A stretch of 40,338 nucleotides of DNA, taken from NCBI GenBank assembly GCA_046583355.1, contig JAYGCM010000014.1, positions 1-40,338 on the forward strand. Reading direction: 5' to 3'. Source of the stretch: Deltaproteobacteria bacterium (GTDB lineage Bacteria > Desulfobacterota > Binatia > UBA12015). The notes beneath the pieces were generated by a model. The model was not told the DNA's origin, searched no databases, and saw only the letters and a program-made list of their open reading frames with translations. Made by a program: the position numbers and the translations under genes. Positions 1-9,630 of this stretch are shown here, one piece after another (the first letter of the stretch is position 1; each line of letters begins with the position of its first letter).

Positions 1-331
1 GTCAAGTTTCGTAGTCTCCGTATATGAGATCCATGCGGCCTGACCTGTCTACCGGAAGCCGGGCGCCGGAGCCACCGGCAGCCATGGTATATTGCGTTTG
101 CAAAACCACCTGAATCCGTTATCGAGTCCGGACGACGATCCACCACTTTTCTCGCAAAAAACCTTCCGGGCCTCCCACATAGTGGGCGGTAGGTGGGTCC
201 GGTAGTACGGGTGCCCTTGTAAATCGGGCAAAAAGAGGGCAAAGCGAGGATCGAGCAAAACCGCAATAGCCTCTCCCTGTTCGGGGAGTTTGCGCATAGA
301 GCGGTCAGCTTTCTGGAATATGGAGGAACGG

Positions 332-1129
332 ATGGAATCAACGACGGCACGCCGTGCAGGCGGGAAGTACCTGCGGCTCGCCTTGGCCATGGGCTGGCTC
401 GCTGCCAGCCTGACGCCGGCTTCGGCCGCAACGGTAGACCAAGCGGTTGCAGCAGAGGTCAAGACGGATGTCGCCTCGGCGGCCTCACAGGTACGGATCG
501 ACAAAATCGTCGAAGAGACAGACGATCTGGCTGCGGCCTATCGTCAGGCTCTCGACGAGGTCAAGGCGCTGCGCGTTTACAACGGGCAGGTCGAGACTCT
601 GATTCAGGCTCAGGCCGATGAAATGCAGTCGCTGGGCGATCAGATCAACGGTGTCACCGGCGTTGGTCGGCAGATCCTGCCGCTGATGATGCGCATGATC
701 GAGTCGCTGGATCAGTTCGTCGACCTCGATATGCCCTTCCTCAAAGAAGAGCGTCAGGCTCGCGTCGACAATCTGCGCGAGTTGATGAACCGAGCCGACG
801 TCACGGTATCGGAGAAATTCCGTCGCCTGATGGAAGCCTACCAGATCGAGAACGATTACGGCCGCTCCATCGAGGCCTACACGGGCGATCTCGCCCTTCC
901 GGACGGCTCGAAGCGTACGGTCGATTTCCTGCAGGTCGGGCGCGTTGCGCTGGTCTATCAGACCTCCGATCGTAGCGAGACCGGCTTCTGGAATCGCGAG
1001 GCGGACGAATGGGCCAAGCTCGACGACTCCTATCGTTCGGGTATTACCAACGCGATCCGCGTGGCTCGCAAGCAGATAGCACCGGATCTGCTGCAGATTC
1101 CTGTTCCGGCTGGCACGGAGGCACGCTAG
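332..1129 (+). CDS. DUF3450-family periplasmic coiled-coil protein (TtpB-like component of a TonB operon)
   Basis: GGAGG at 322-326 precedes ATG 332; signal peptide ending ASA; motifs DMPFLKEERQAR, SEKFRRLMEAYQIE, VDFLQVGRVAL; first gene of an exbB/exbD/tonB operon. Confidence 0.85.
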   Translation: MESTTARRAGGKYLRLALAMGWLAASLTPASAATVDQAVAAEVKTDVASAASQVRIDKIVEETDDLAAAYRQALDEVKALRVYNGQVETLIQAQADEMQSLGDQINGVTGVGRQILPLMMRMIESLDQFVDLDMPFLKEERQARVDNLRELMNRADVTVSEKFRRLMEAYQIENDYGRSIEAYTGDLALPDGSKRTVDFLQVGRVALVYQTSDRSETGFWNREADEWAKLDDSYRSGITNAIRVARKQIAPDLLQIPVPAGTEAR

Positions 1130-2508
1130 TGACGACTGCGAAGAAGTTGATGGTGGGGGCTCTGGTCTCCGTTCTTTTGTTGCCGGGAGCACCGGTATTC
1201 GCCCAGGCGGAGGCCCCGCCGCAGGCGGATAATCTCCAGCAATTACTCGACATCGTCCGCCGTGGCGGCCGTGCCGAGAATAGCGCAAACAAGCGGCGTG
1301 AAGCTGCTTTCCGCGCCGACAAGGCCAACCAGAAGAAGCTTCTGGTGGCGGCCATTGTCGACAAGGAAAACGAGGAGCTTCGCTCCGAAGAACTCGAAGA
1401 AGTCTTCGAGGTCAACGAACTCGAGATCCCGCGTCTCCAAGAGCAGCTGCGCAACCGTCTCGGTACGCTCGGCGAGCTCTTTGGGGTCGTCCGGCAGGTC
1501 GCTGGCGATACCTTCGCCTTTGTAGAGACCTCGCTGGTCAGCGCTGAGCTTCCCGGCCGGGCCGAATTCCTCAGTGAGTTCGCCCAATCCAAGGATCTTC
1601 CGGAGGTCGCCGAGCTGGAGAAGCTCTGGTTCGCCCTACAGCAGGAAATCATTGAAGGCGGCAAGATCTCGCGCTTCACGGCGATTGTGCAGACGCCTGA
1701 CGGCGAAGAGATCGAGACCGAAGTCGTTCGTGTCGGTCCCTTCACGGCGATCGCTGACGGCAAGTTCCTTCGCTACGTGCCCGAGACCGGCAAGCTTGCG
1801 GTTCTGCCGCGCCAGCCGGGTTCGAGCCATCCGGGTAACGCCGCCGATCTTTCGGCCGCTACCAGTGGCATCGTTCAGTTCTCGATTGACCCGACGCGGG
1901 GCTCCTTGCTCGCCTCTCTTGTCCAGACGCCGGATCTCACCGAGCGTATCGGGCAGGGCGGAATCGTCGGCTACGTCATCATCGTACTCGGCATTCTTGG
2001 TGTCAGCATGGCGCTCTGGCGCTTCATTTACCTGATGTCGGTCGGTAGCAAGATGCGCGCTCAGGAGGGCAGCGAGACGCCTGACGAGTCCAATCCGCTG
2101 GGCCGCGTCCTCAAGGTGTATGCTGACCATAAAGAAGCCGACGTGGAGACCTTGGAGCTCAAGCTCGATGAGGCGATTCTTCGCGAAGTACCAGGCCTTG
2201 AGCGTGGCAATACGCTCATCAAGGTTCTGGGCGCGGTTTCACCGCTGCTGGGCCTGCTCGGTACGGTTACGGGTATGATCAATACCTTCCAGGCGATCAC
2301 GCTTTTCGGCACGGGCGATCCGAAGCTCATGGCCGGCGGTATTTCGCAGGCTCTCGTCACGACCGTTCTTGGCCTTGTGGCTGCGATCCCTCTGCTGCTT
2401 CTGCACAGTGTTGTCGCGGGTCGCAGCAAGGCGATGGTGCAGGTCCTCGAGGAGCAGAGTGCCGGTTTGATCGCGCGCCAGGCAGAGCGCGAGGGCAAGA
2501 AGGGCTGA
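1129..2508 (+). CDS. TtpC-like long MotA/TolQ/ExbB proton-channel protein with large periplasmic N-domain
   Basis: GTG overlaps the upstream TAG; signal peptide; C-terminal SPLLGLLGTVTGMI...GDPKLMAGGISQALVTT motif. Confidence 0.9.
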   Translation: MTTAKKLMVGALVSVLLLPGAPVFAQAEAPPQADNLQQLLDIVRRGGRAENSANKRREAAFRADKANQKKLLVAAIVDKENEELRSEELEEVFEVNELEIPRLQEQLRNRLGTLGELFGVVRQVAGDTFAFVETSLVSAELPGRAEFLSEFAQSKDLPEVAELEKLWFALQQEIIEGGKISRFTAIVQTPDGEEIETEVVRVGPFTAIADGKFLRYVPETGKLAVLPRQPGSSHPGNAADLSAATSGIVQFSIDPTRGSLLASLVQTPDLTERIGQGGIVGYVIIVLGILGVSMALWRFIYLMSVGSKMRAQEGSETPDESNPLGRVLKVYADHKEADVETLELKLDEAILREVPGLERGNTLIKVLGAVSPLLGLLGTVTGMINTFQAITLFGTGDPKLMAGGISQALVTTVLGLVAAIPLLLLHSVVAGRSKAMVQVLEEQSAGLIARQAEREGKKG

Positions 2509-2511
2509 GTC

Positions 2512-3042
2512 GTGCAAGCGTTCATCGACATGCTCTCGGCGGATCGAGACTTCCTCGAGACCGGCGGCAGTGTCCTGATGACGATCGTGCTGGTCACTTT
2601 CGTCATGTGGACGCTGCTCTTCGAGCGCTTCTGGTATGGCTGGAAAGGCCATCCAGTGCTCGTGGCGCAGGTGATCGACGAGTGGGATAAGCGTGAGGAA
2701 ACGACCTCATGGTACGCCCATCAGATTCGCAACCTTCTCGTCTCAAGGGTCGCGTCGGAGTTGAATCGTGGGCTTCCCATGATTGCCAGCCTCGTCGCCC
2801 TCTGTCCTCTACTCGGGCTTCTGGGAACGGTTACCGGAATGATTGAGGTCTTTGATGTCATGGCACTTGCGGGCAGCGGTAATCCGCGCGCAATGGCCTC
2901 TGGCGTAGCCAAGGCCACGATCCCCACAATGGCGGGCATGGTGGCCGCACTTTCCGGGCTGATTCTCAGCACCCAGCTAACGAATAAAGCAAAAATGGAG
3001 ACGCAAGCGGTCGCAGATCGCTTGTCTCCGGGCAAGGAGTAA
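2512..3042 (+). CDS. exbB: MotA/TolQ/ExbB proton-channel protein
   Basis: CPLLGLLGTVTGMIEVF and MASGVAKATIPTMAG motifs; operon position. Confidence 0.9.
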   Translation: MQAFIDMLSADRDFLETGGSVLMTIVLVTFVMWTLLFERFWYGWKGHPVLVAQVIDEWDKREETTSWYAHQIRNLLVSRVASELNRGLPMIASLVALCPLLGLLGTVTGMIEVFDVMALAGSGNPRAMASGVAKATIPTMAGMVAALSGLILSTQLTNKAKMETQAVADRLSPGKE

Positions 3043-3045
3043 ACC

Positions 3046-3453
3046 ATGCGTCGTAGACATGGATCGGCCGAAGAAGAGGCTGAGGTAAACATGACCCCGA
3101 TGCTCGATGTCGTATTCATCATGCTGATTTTCTTCATCGTAACGGCATCGTTCGTGAAGGAATCCGGCGTCGAGGTGAATCGGCAATACGCATCGACCGC
3201 AGAGCCGAAGGCAACCGCGAATATTTTCATCGCAATTTCGGCAGATAACCAGATTTGGATCGACAAGCGGATCATTGATCCGCGTGCCGTGCGCGCGAAT
3301 ATCGAGCGCCTTTACGCCGAGAACCCGCAGGGCTCGGTTGTCATTCAGGCCGACAAGGATTCCAAGAACGGTCTGCTGATCCAGGTTCTCGACTCGGCCA
3401 AGCTGGCTGGCGTAGAGAGCATTTCGGTTGCGGCCGATCCGAGTATGGAATGA
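3046..3453 (+). CDS. exbD: Biopolymer transporter ExbD/TolR
   Basis: NMTPMLDVVFIMLIFFIVT motif; VIQAD. Confidence 0.95.
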   Translation: MRRRHGSAEEEAEVNMTPMLDVVFIMLIFFIVTASFVKESGVEVNRQYASTAEPKATANIFIAISADNQIWIDKRIIDPRAVRANIERLYAENPQGSVVIQADKDSKNGLLIQVLDSAKLAGVESISVAADPSME

Positions 3454-4052
3454 GCATACGGCTTCTAGGTTCGGCGGTCGGTGCCCTTCTGGTCACCCTG
3501 GCGCTGGTCACCCTGATGCAATCGCTGGTGGCGATTGGTGCGGGCGGTTTGGAGCGGCGTAAGGGCGTACGGATTGACGATTTCCTGCGCACCCGCAGCG
3601 ACACGGATACCCAATCGCGCAAGCGTGAGTTGCCCGACAAGGACCAGGTCGAAGAGGCCCCGGAAATGGAAGCGATGGAGCTCGATACGGCTCCCTCTCA
3701 GCTCGATATGGACAGCATGGGAATCAACGCGCAGCCACAGATGGCGCTGGCTGGTGGTGTCGGAATCGGCTCGGCCGATATGGACATTGTTCCCCTGGTG
3801 CGGGTCAACCCGCGCTACCCGCCGCGTGCGCAATCGCGCGGTATCGAGGGTTGGGTGCATCTGCGCTTTACCATCACGCCGCAGGGCACCGTAACCGATG
3901 TGCAAATCGTCGATGCGGACCCCAGGGGCTACTTCGAGCGGAGCGCCAAGCGCGCCGTTGGCAAGTATAAATACAAACCGAAAGTTCAGGACGGAAAGCC
4001 CGTGTCTCGCGCCGGCGTCGAACTCGTTCTGACTTTTGAAATAGAAGAGTGA
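3450..4052 (+). CDS. tonB: Energy transducer TonB
   Basis: N-terminal TM anchor; C-terminal PRYPPRAQSRGIEGWV...KYKP TonB_C domain; ATGA overlap with exbD. Confidence 0.92.
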   Translation: MSIRLLGSAVGALLVTLALVTLMQSLVAIGAGGLERRKGVRIDDFLRTRSDTDTQSRKRELPDKDQVEEAPEMEAMELDTAPSQLDMDSMGINAQPQMALAGGVGIGSADMDIVPLVRVNPRYPPRAQSRGIEGWVHLRFTITPQGTVTDVQIVDADPRGYFERSAKRAVGKYKYKPKVQDGKPVSRAGVELVLTFEIEE

Positions 4053-5590
4053 CAAGGCTCCCTATGGTGATTTCCGGCACTAAAGCGAGAGCGATCTTCA
4101 CTGCTCTCCTGAGTTTGTTCCTGGTCTTCACGCTCGCGTACGACGCGGGTGCGGCCGACAAGAAGAAGCGTCGCGCCAAGCCGCAGCTGCGGCGCGTGCA
4201 GGCGCCGGGCCCCTGGGCAGCCAAGCGCATCATCAAGGCGCAGGAAGCCTTGGCGGCGGAGCAATGGGTCGAAGCGCTTGAGATCCTGCAAGAGATGAAG
4301 GATCGCAGGAAGCTCAAGGGTATCGAAACCGCCACGATGTGGCAGTTCTACGGCTTCATCTATTCTTCACGGACCCCGCCGGATTACAAGAAGGCTTTGG
4401 TCGCTTTTGAGAAGGCTCTCGAACCCGGAGCTCTGCCCGACGCAACGCAGACCGCAACCTATATGAACGTGGCGCAGCTCTACGTCATGGAGGAGCGCTA
4501 CACGGATGCGCTGCGCACCTTTGATAAATACTTCGAGAATACCGAAGATCCTTCGCCCGACGCCTACTATATGTACGCCATCGCGCTGACCCAGAAGGGT
4601 TCGGGGCGCAAGGCGATTCCTTGGGTGATCAAGGCCATTCAAGGCAGCGGGAACCCGAAAGAGCCTTGGCTGCAATTGCTCTCGTCGCTGTATTTTGAGA
4701 CCAAGCAATATAGAAAAGCAGTCGGCGTTCTGAAGGTTCTGGTCACTCGCTTCCCCAAGAAGAATTATTTCATTCAGCTTGCCGCGCTGAATAACGAGTT
4801 GGGCAAAGAGCGGGAGGCGCTGGCCGTTCTGGAACTGGCCTACCACCAGAAAATGCTCGACCAGGACAGCGAATATCGCAACCTGGCGCAGCTCTTTCTC
4901 GCCCAGGAAATCCCCTATCAGGCCGCGATGGTCATGCAGAAGGGGATGCGTGCCGGTACGGTCAAAAAAGACCGCAAGGCCTACGATCTGATTTCGCAGG
5001 CTTGGCTGCTCGCCCGCGAGCGTGAGAAGGCCATTGGCCCGCTGACGCAGTCGGCCTCGCGCGGCAAGAATGGCGAGTCCTACCTTCGCCTGGCGCAGCT
5101 TCACCTCGACGTGGCCGCCTGGGCCGAGGCAGAGGAAGCCTTGCATAAGGGCCTGAAGAAGGGCGGGCTGAAGAAGCCTGCCTTGGCGCATATTCTCCTC
5201 GGCATCGCCCAATTCAATCAGGAAGATTGGGAAGGGGCGAAGGACTCGTTTTTCGCCGCTCGCGAGTACGAGAAGTCCAAGGAGACGGCGACGCAATGGC
5301 TGAAACAGGTCGGGCGCCACATCCCGGTTGACCTCGACGATGACGACGAAGAAGTGGAAGTCATCGAAATGGTCGATGGCGTTCCGGCTTCCTGGTACGA
5401 TCTCCCGGCGGGTGATCGTGCCGTGCTGATCGGCGGCCTCGAGGCCGGGATCATCAAGCTCGACCAGCCCAAGGCCGCGGCCGAAGCCGAGGGCGAGGGC
5501 GACGCGGTTGAAGCCGATGACGCCGCCGGCGCTGGTGCGGCCGACGCGGCAGCCGAAGGCGAAGCGGCCACCGCGACGCAGCCTTCCTGA
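4049..5590 (+). CDS. TPR-repeat periplasmic protein (TtpD-like) with acidic C-terminal extension
   Basis: Signal peptide, repeated helical TPR-like segments, GTGA overlap with tonB. Confidence 0.85.
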   Translation: MTRLPMVISGTKARAIFTALLSLFLVFTLAYDAGAADKKKRRAKPQLRRVQAPGPWAAKRIIKAQEALAAEQWVEALEILQEMKDRRKLKGIETATMWQFYGFIYSSRTPPDYKKALVAFEKALEPGALPDATQTATYMNVAQLYVMEERYTDALRTFDKYFENTEDPSPDAYYMYAIALTQKGSGRKAIPWVIKAIQGSGNPKEPWLQLLSSLYFETKQYRKAVGVLKVLVTRFPKKNYFIQLAALNNELGKEREALAVLELAYHQKMLDQDSEYRNLAQLFLAQEIPYQAAMVMQKGMRAGTVKKDRKAYDLISQAWLLAREREKAIGPLTQSASRGKNGESYLRLAQLHLDVAAWAEAEEALHKGLKKGGLKKPALAHILLGIAQFNQEDWEGAKDSFFAAREYEKSKETATQWLKQVGRHIPVDLDDDDEEVEVIEMVDGVPASWYDLPAGDRAVLIGGLEAGIIKLDQPKAAAEAEGEGDAVEADDAAGAGAADAAAEGEAATATQPS

Positions 5591-5615
5591 GCGCTCTTCG
5601 CTGCGAAAACGACAC

Positions 5616-5648
5616 GAAGGGGGTGGCCGGCAACGGTCACCCCCTTTT
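5616..5648 (+). terminator. Rho-independent terminator of the TonB operon
   Basis: AAGGGGGTGGCCG-GCAA-CGGTCACCCCCTT stem-loop followed by T residues. Confidence 0.8.
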
Positions 5649-5680
5649 CTGTGCGGGCTTCGATTGCTAGCGACAGAGGC

Positions 5681-5754
5681 GGTCGCATAGCTCAGTTGGT
5701 TAGAGCACCGTCTTCACATGGCGGGGGTCCCCGGTTCGAATCCGGGTGCGACCA
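5681..5754 (+). tRNA. tRNA-Val(CAC)
   Basis: Acceptor GGTCGCA/TGCGACC; D-arm AGCTCAGTTGGTTAGAGC; anticodon arm CCGTC-TTCACAT-GGCGG; T-loop GGTTCGAATCC; CCA not encoded. Confidence 0.97.
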
Positions 5755-5838
5755 TTTACTCGCCGATCCTTCGGCGCGACGCCTTTAGAGGTGCGCTCGC
5801 AAGCCGCCTCGGCTTCTGGCAACTTCTCTTTTCGTGCA

Positions 5839-6621
5839 ATGAGAAAACTCTGGGATTATCGGCGCTTCGTTCTCGGCATGGCGCAGCGTGAGTTTGAGCA
5901 GCGCTATCTCGGCTCGGCCTTGGGCAGCCTTTGGGTGGTGCTGAACCCGCTGGCGATGATCCTGGTCTACACGGTCGTCTTCGGCCAGATCATGCGCCAT
6001 CGTCTGCCCGGTCTCGATGATGGCCTGAGCTACGGCATCTTCCTCTGCGCCGGGCTTCTGCCCTGGGGGATGTTCACCGAGATCCTGCAGCGCTCGACCA
6101 GCGTCTTTCTCGATGAGGGCAACCTGATCAAGAAAGTCAGCTTTCCCCGCACCACATTGCCCGCCATTGTGCTTTTTTCCAGCACTCTGAATTTCATGAT
6201 TGCGATGTTGGTTCTCGGCGTCCTGCTTCTGCTGACGGGGCGCTTGCCGGGCTGGGCCATCCTGGGCTACCTGCCGCTGGTCCTCTTGCAGCAACTGATC
6301 GCGGTCGGCCTCGGCGTTGGCCTGGGCGTGCTCAACGTCTTTTTCCGCGATGTCGGCCAGATGGTGGGCATCCTTCTGCAATATTGGTTCTGGTTCACCC
6401 CGATCGTCTACCCCCTCGGCGTTCTGCCCGAATGGGCCCAGACGGCGCTTATGCTGAACCCCATGACGCGCATCATGGTCGGCTATCAGGAAATTCTCCT
6501 CGACGGTCGTTTCCCGAATCTCGTGCCTCTGATCCCGCATGCCTTGCTGGCACTCGCCGCGCTCTGGTTCGGGCGCGTCACCTACCGGCGCTTTTCGCCC
6601 GAAATGCCGGATTTCCTCTGA
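5839..6621 (+). CDS. wzm: Polysaccharide ABC-2 exporter permease (copy 1)
   Basis: RYLGSALGSLW, LIKKVSFP, FRDVGQ, TPIVYP and LNPM motifs; multiple TM segments. Confidence 0.92.
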   Translation: MRKLWDYRRFVLGMAQREFEQRYLGSALGSLWVVLNPLAMILVYTVVFGQIMRHRLPGLDDGLSYGIFLCAGLLPWGMFTEILQRSTSVFLDEGNLIKKVSFPRTTLPAIVLFSSTLNFMIAMLVLGVLLLLTGRLPGWAILGYLPLVLLQQLIAVGLGVGLGVLNVFFRDVGQMVGILLQYWFWFTPIVYPLGVLPEWAQTALMLNPMTRIMVGYQEILLDGRFPNLVPLIPHALLALAALWFGRVTYRRFSPEMPDFL

Positions 6622-7847
6622 TGGGTCGCGTCTCCGCACACGGATTGGGCAAGAGCTACAAGCGCTACCCCCGCGCCCGCGACCGCGTGCTGGACTGGCT
6701 GACCGGCGGTCGCGTGCGCCGCTTTGAGGTCGAGGTCGCGCTGGCCGATGTGAGCTTCGAGATCGAAAGCGGCCAGTCGGTCGGCATCATTGGCATGAAC
6801 GGGGCCGGCAAGAGCACGCTTTTGCGCCTGCTCACGGGCACCTCGACACCCACCTCGGGTACCTTCTCGGTCGAAGGCAGGGTCGCGGCCTTGCTTGAGC
6901 TGGGCATCGGCATTCACCCGGACTTCACCGGTTGGCAAAACGCGCGCCTCTCGTGCCAACTGCTCGGCCTTGATGAAGAAACCATCGACCGCGTGCTGCC
7001 CTGGATCGAGGAATTCTCAGAACTCGGCGGCCATCTCGACCACCCCGTAAGGACCTACTCCACGGGCATGCAGGTGCGCCTCGCCTTCAGCTCTGCGGTG
7101 GCCGTGCGTCCCGATGTTCTGATTGTCGACGAGGCTCTTTCGGTCGGCGATGCCTTCTTCCAGCATCGTTCGATGGGTCGCATTCGTGAAATGCGCGATG
7201 CCGGAACCACGATCCTTTTTGTCACGCATGACCCCTCTGCGGTGAAGAGCATCTGCGACCGGGTTCTGCTGCTCGACCGCGGCCGCGTCATTCACGATGG
7301 CACGCCCTCGGCCGTGTACGATTTCTACAACGCCCTGATCGCCGAGAAAGAAAGCGCGTCTGAAATAAAGCAATTGACAGAGGCCGATGGCGGCGTGAGC
7401 ACGCGCGCGGGCTCGGGCGAGGCCACGATCGAAGGCGTCGATATCTTCAACGCGGCTGGCGAGCCGGCGAAGCTCTTTACGGTAGGCCAGTCAGGGCGGG
7501 TCGATATCCGTTTCCGTCTGAGCGAAGGCCTCGAGTTCCCGACCATCGGCTTCGCGATCCGCGACCGTCTGGGCAACGATGTCTTCGGCTCCAATACCCA
7601 CCATCTCGGCGTTGCCAAGCCCTTGGTCGAGGCAGGCCATACCTATACGGCCTCCTTCGAGCTCGAGTGGCTGCTCGGGCCGGGGAGCTATTCGGTCTCG
7701 GTTGCGCTGCATAGCGGCGCGGCGCATCTCGACGAGAGCTATGATTGGTGGGATCGCGCCCTCGTTTTCCAGGTGGTCGCGGGCGATGAGCCGCCCTTTA
7801 CCGGCGTGGTGAGCCTGCCTATCCGGGCCCGCGTGAGCGGCGCTTGA
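6621..7847 (+). CDS. wzt: Polysaccharide ABC exporter ATPase with C-terminal Wzt_C carbohydrate-binding domain
   Basis: Walker A GMNGAGKS; YSTGMQVRLAF; DEALSVGD; roughly 170-aa C-terminal extension; TGATG coupling. Confidence 0.92.
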   Translation: MGRVSAHGLGKSYKRYPRARDRVLDWLTGGRVRRFEVEVALADVSFEIESGQSVGIIGMNGAGKSTLLRLLTGTSTPTSGTFSVEGRVAALLELGIGIHPDFTGWQNARLSCQLLGLDEETIDRVLPWIEEFSELGGHLDHPVRTYSTGMQVRLAFSSAVAVRPDVLIVDEALSVGDAFFQHRSMGRIREMRDAGTTILFVTHDPSAVKSICDRVLLLDRGRVIHDGTPSAVYDFYNALIAEKESASEIKQLTEADGGVSTRAGSGEATIEGVDIFNAAGEPAKLFTVGQSGRVDIRFRLSEGLEFPTIGFAIRDRLGNDVFGSNTHHLGVAKPLVEAGHTYTASFELEWLLGPGSYSVSVALHSGAAHLDESYDWWDRALVFQVVAGDEPPFTGVVSLPIRARVSGA

Positions 7848-8821
7848 GCAGTTCGCCGCGCATCGGGGTGACGATCGTCACCTGGAATAGCGCGCGCTTT
7901 CTCCCCACTTGCCTCGACGCTTTGGCCGCGCAGGACCAGCCTCCCGAGGAGGTCGTGGTGGTGGATAATGGCTCGAGCGATGCCAGTGCCGCATTGGCCG
8001 AGCGCCACCACGTGGTGACGCGGGTCGACCGGGCAGGCACCAACCTGGGTTTCGCCGCCGGCCAGAACCGGGCCATCGAACAGACCCAGGCCGAATGGGT
8101 TCTGGTACTCAATCCCGATACGCGCCTGGCGCCGGCTTTCCTCGCCGCGCTGGCGCAGCGGACCGGGCAAGGCGAATACCTCGGCACGCTTTGCGGCAAG
8201 TTGCTGCGCCTGGGCGAGGACCTCGAGCCGCTTACGCCGCCGCGGATCGACTCGGCCGGCATGGAGATTTTCCGTTCCTTCCGCCACCTCGACCGTGGCT
8301 CCGGTGCGCTTGATACCGGGTGCTTCGAGACCGAAGAGACGGTCTTCGGCGCCACCGCTGCCGCGGCTCTCTACCGCCGCTCGATGATTTCCGATGTAGC
8401 GCTTGATGGTGCGTTCTTCGACCCGGATTTTTTCGCCTACCGCGAAGACGCGGACCTTGCCTGGCGTGCGCAGATCCTCGGCTGGGATTGTCTCTATGTC
8501 CCGCAGGCCATTGGTTTCCACCTCCGCCAAATTGTGCCAGAGCGCCGATCTGACGTCTCGGCCGCGCTGAATCGACATTCAGTCAAGAATCGTTTTATGA
8601 TGCGCTGGAAGAACGCCGATGCGGCCACCTGGCGTCATTGCGGCTGGCGGGGCGTCGGTCGCGACTTGCTCGTGCTGGGCGGCTGCCTGGTCCGGGAATG
8701 GTCCTCTTTGCCCGGGGTCGGCGAGGCATTGCGCGCGTGGCCGCAAGGACGTCGGCAGCATGCCTGGATCGAGGCGCATCGGCGGCGCCCGACGCAGGAT
8801 GTGTTGCGGTGGTTCCGATGA
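7844..8821 (+). CDS. Family 2 glycosyltransferase
   Basis: IVTWNS, VVVDNGSSD, NLGFAAGQN, LNPD, FFAYREDADLAWR motifs. Confidence 0.9.
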   Translation: MSSSPRIGVTIVTWNSARFLPTCLDALAAQDQPPEEVVVVDNGSSDASAALAERHHVVTRVDRAGTNLGFAAGQNRAIEQTQAEWVLVLNPDTRLAPAFLAALAQRTGQGEYLGTLCGKLLRLGEDLEPLTPPRIDSAGMEIFRSFRHLDRGSGALDTGCFETEETVFGATAAAALYRRSMISDVALDGAFFDPDFFAYREDADLAWRAQILGWDCLYVPQAIGFHLRQIVPERRSDVSAALNRHSVKNRFMMRWKNADAATWRHCGWRGVGRDLLVLGGCLVREWSSLPGVGEALRAWPQGRRQHAWIEAHRRRPTQDVLRWFR

Positions 8822-9630
8822 GTACTCAGGCTGGCGGCATCTATCGCGTGCGCGGCGCCTACCAGCGCTATCTGCATACTTTCACGATTGCCTGCCAACT
8901 GGCCCGGCTCGACCTGATCCGTCGCTACACGGCCACCGGCCTGGGGCTTGCCTGGGCGATCCTCGCCCCCTTGGGGATGGCCGTCGTAATCGGCACGGTC
9001 TTCTCACAACTCTTCGGTCAGAAGCTCGCGGAGTTCTTGCCCTACCTCTTCATGAACCTCACGCTTTGGGCCTTCTTCGTCGGCTGCGTCGAAGGCGGCG
9101 CGATCGCCTTCCTGGCTGCCGAGGGCTATATCAAGCAGGTCGCGAACGTCTCGCTGGCGACCTACCCGCTGCGCATGACCTTGGCGGCCTTTGTTCTGCT
9201 GGCGCTCGGCTTGGCGGCTGTGGCTGCCATCGCGCTGCTCTTCGGTGCTCCCTTGAACCTGGCCTGGCTCTCGCTGGTGCCGGCGCTGGTCGCCTGGCTG
9301 CTCTTCGGCTTCGCCGTGGCCTCGATCTCGGCCGTGCTCAATACGAGGGTGCGCGATGTTGAGCATCTGCAAACCGTGGTGGTGCAGGCGCTCTTCTACG
9401 CAACGCCCGTCATGTACCCGCCACAGATGCTCACCGAGCACGGGCTGGGCTGGCTGCTGACGATCAACCCGCTCTATCATCTGATGATGCTGGTGCGGAC
9501 GCCGGTGATCTATGGTGGCGTGGCGCCGCTCGAACATTTTCTTGCCACGGCACTCGTGCTGGTGATTCTTCTCCCCGCAGCCTGGGTCGTGATGCGCCGC
9601 GCCCGCCACGCCGTGGTGTTCTGGCTATGA
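8818..9630 (+). CDS. wzm: Polysaccharide ABC-2 exporter permease (copy 2)
   Basis: RYTATGLGLAW, RDVEH, FYATPVMYP, INPLYH motifs; ATGA overlap. Confidence 0.88.
   Translation: MSTQAGGIYRVRGAYQRYLHTFTIACQLARLDLIRRYTATGLGLAWAILAPLGMAVVIGTVFSQLFGQKLAEFLPYLFMNLTLWAFFVGCVEGGAIAFLAAEGYIKQVANVSLATYPLRMTLAAFVLLALGLAAVAAIALLFGAPLNLAWLSLVPALVAWLLFGFAVASISAVLNTRVRDVEHLQTVVVQALFYATPVMYPPQMLTEHGLGWLLTINPLYHLMMLVRTPVIYGGVAPLEHFLATALVLVILLPAAWVVMRRARHAVVFWL

Noticed and set aside
140..270. c-di-GMP-I riboswitch
   Set aside because: GCAAA boxes are present but the GNRA-capped P2 stem and the GACGCAAAGC...GGNCTAA context are missing.
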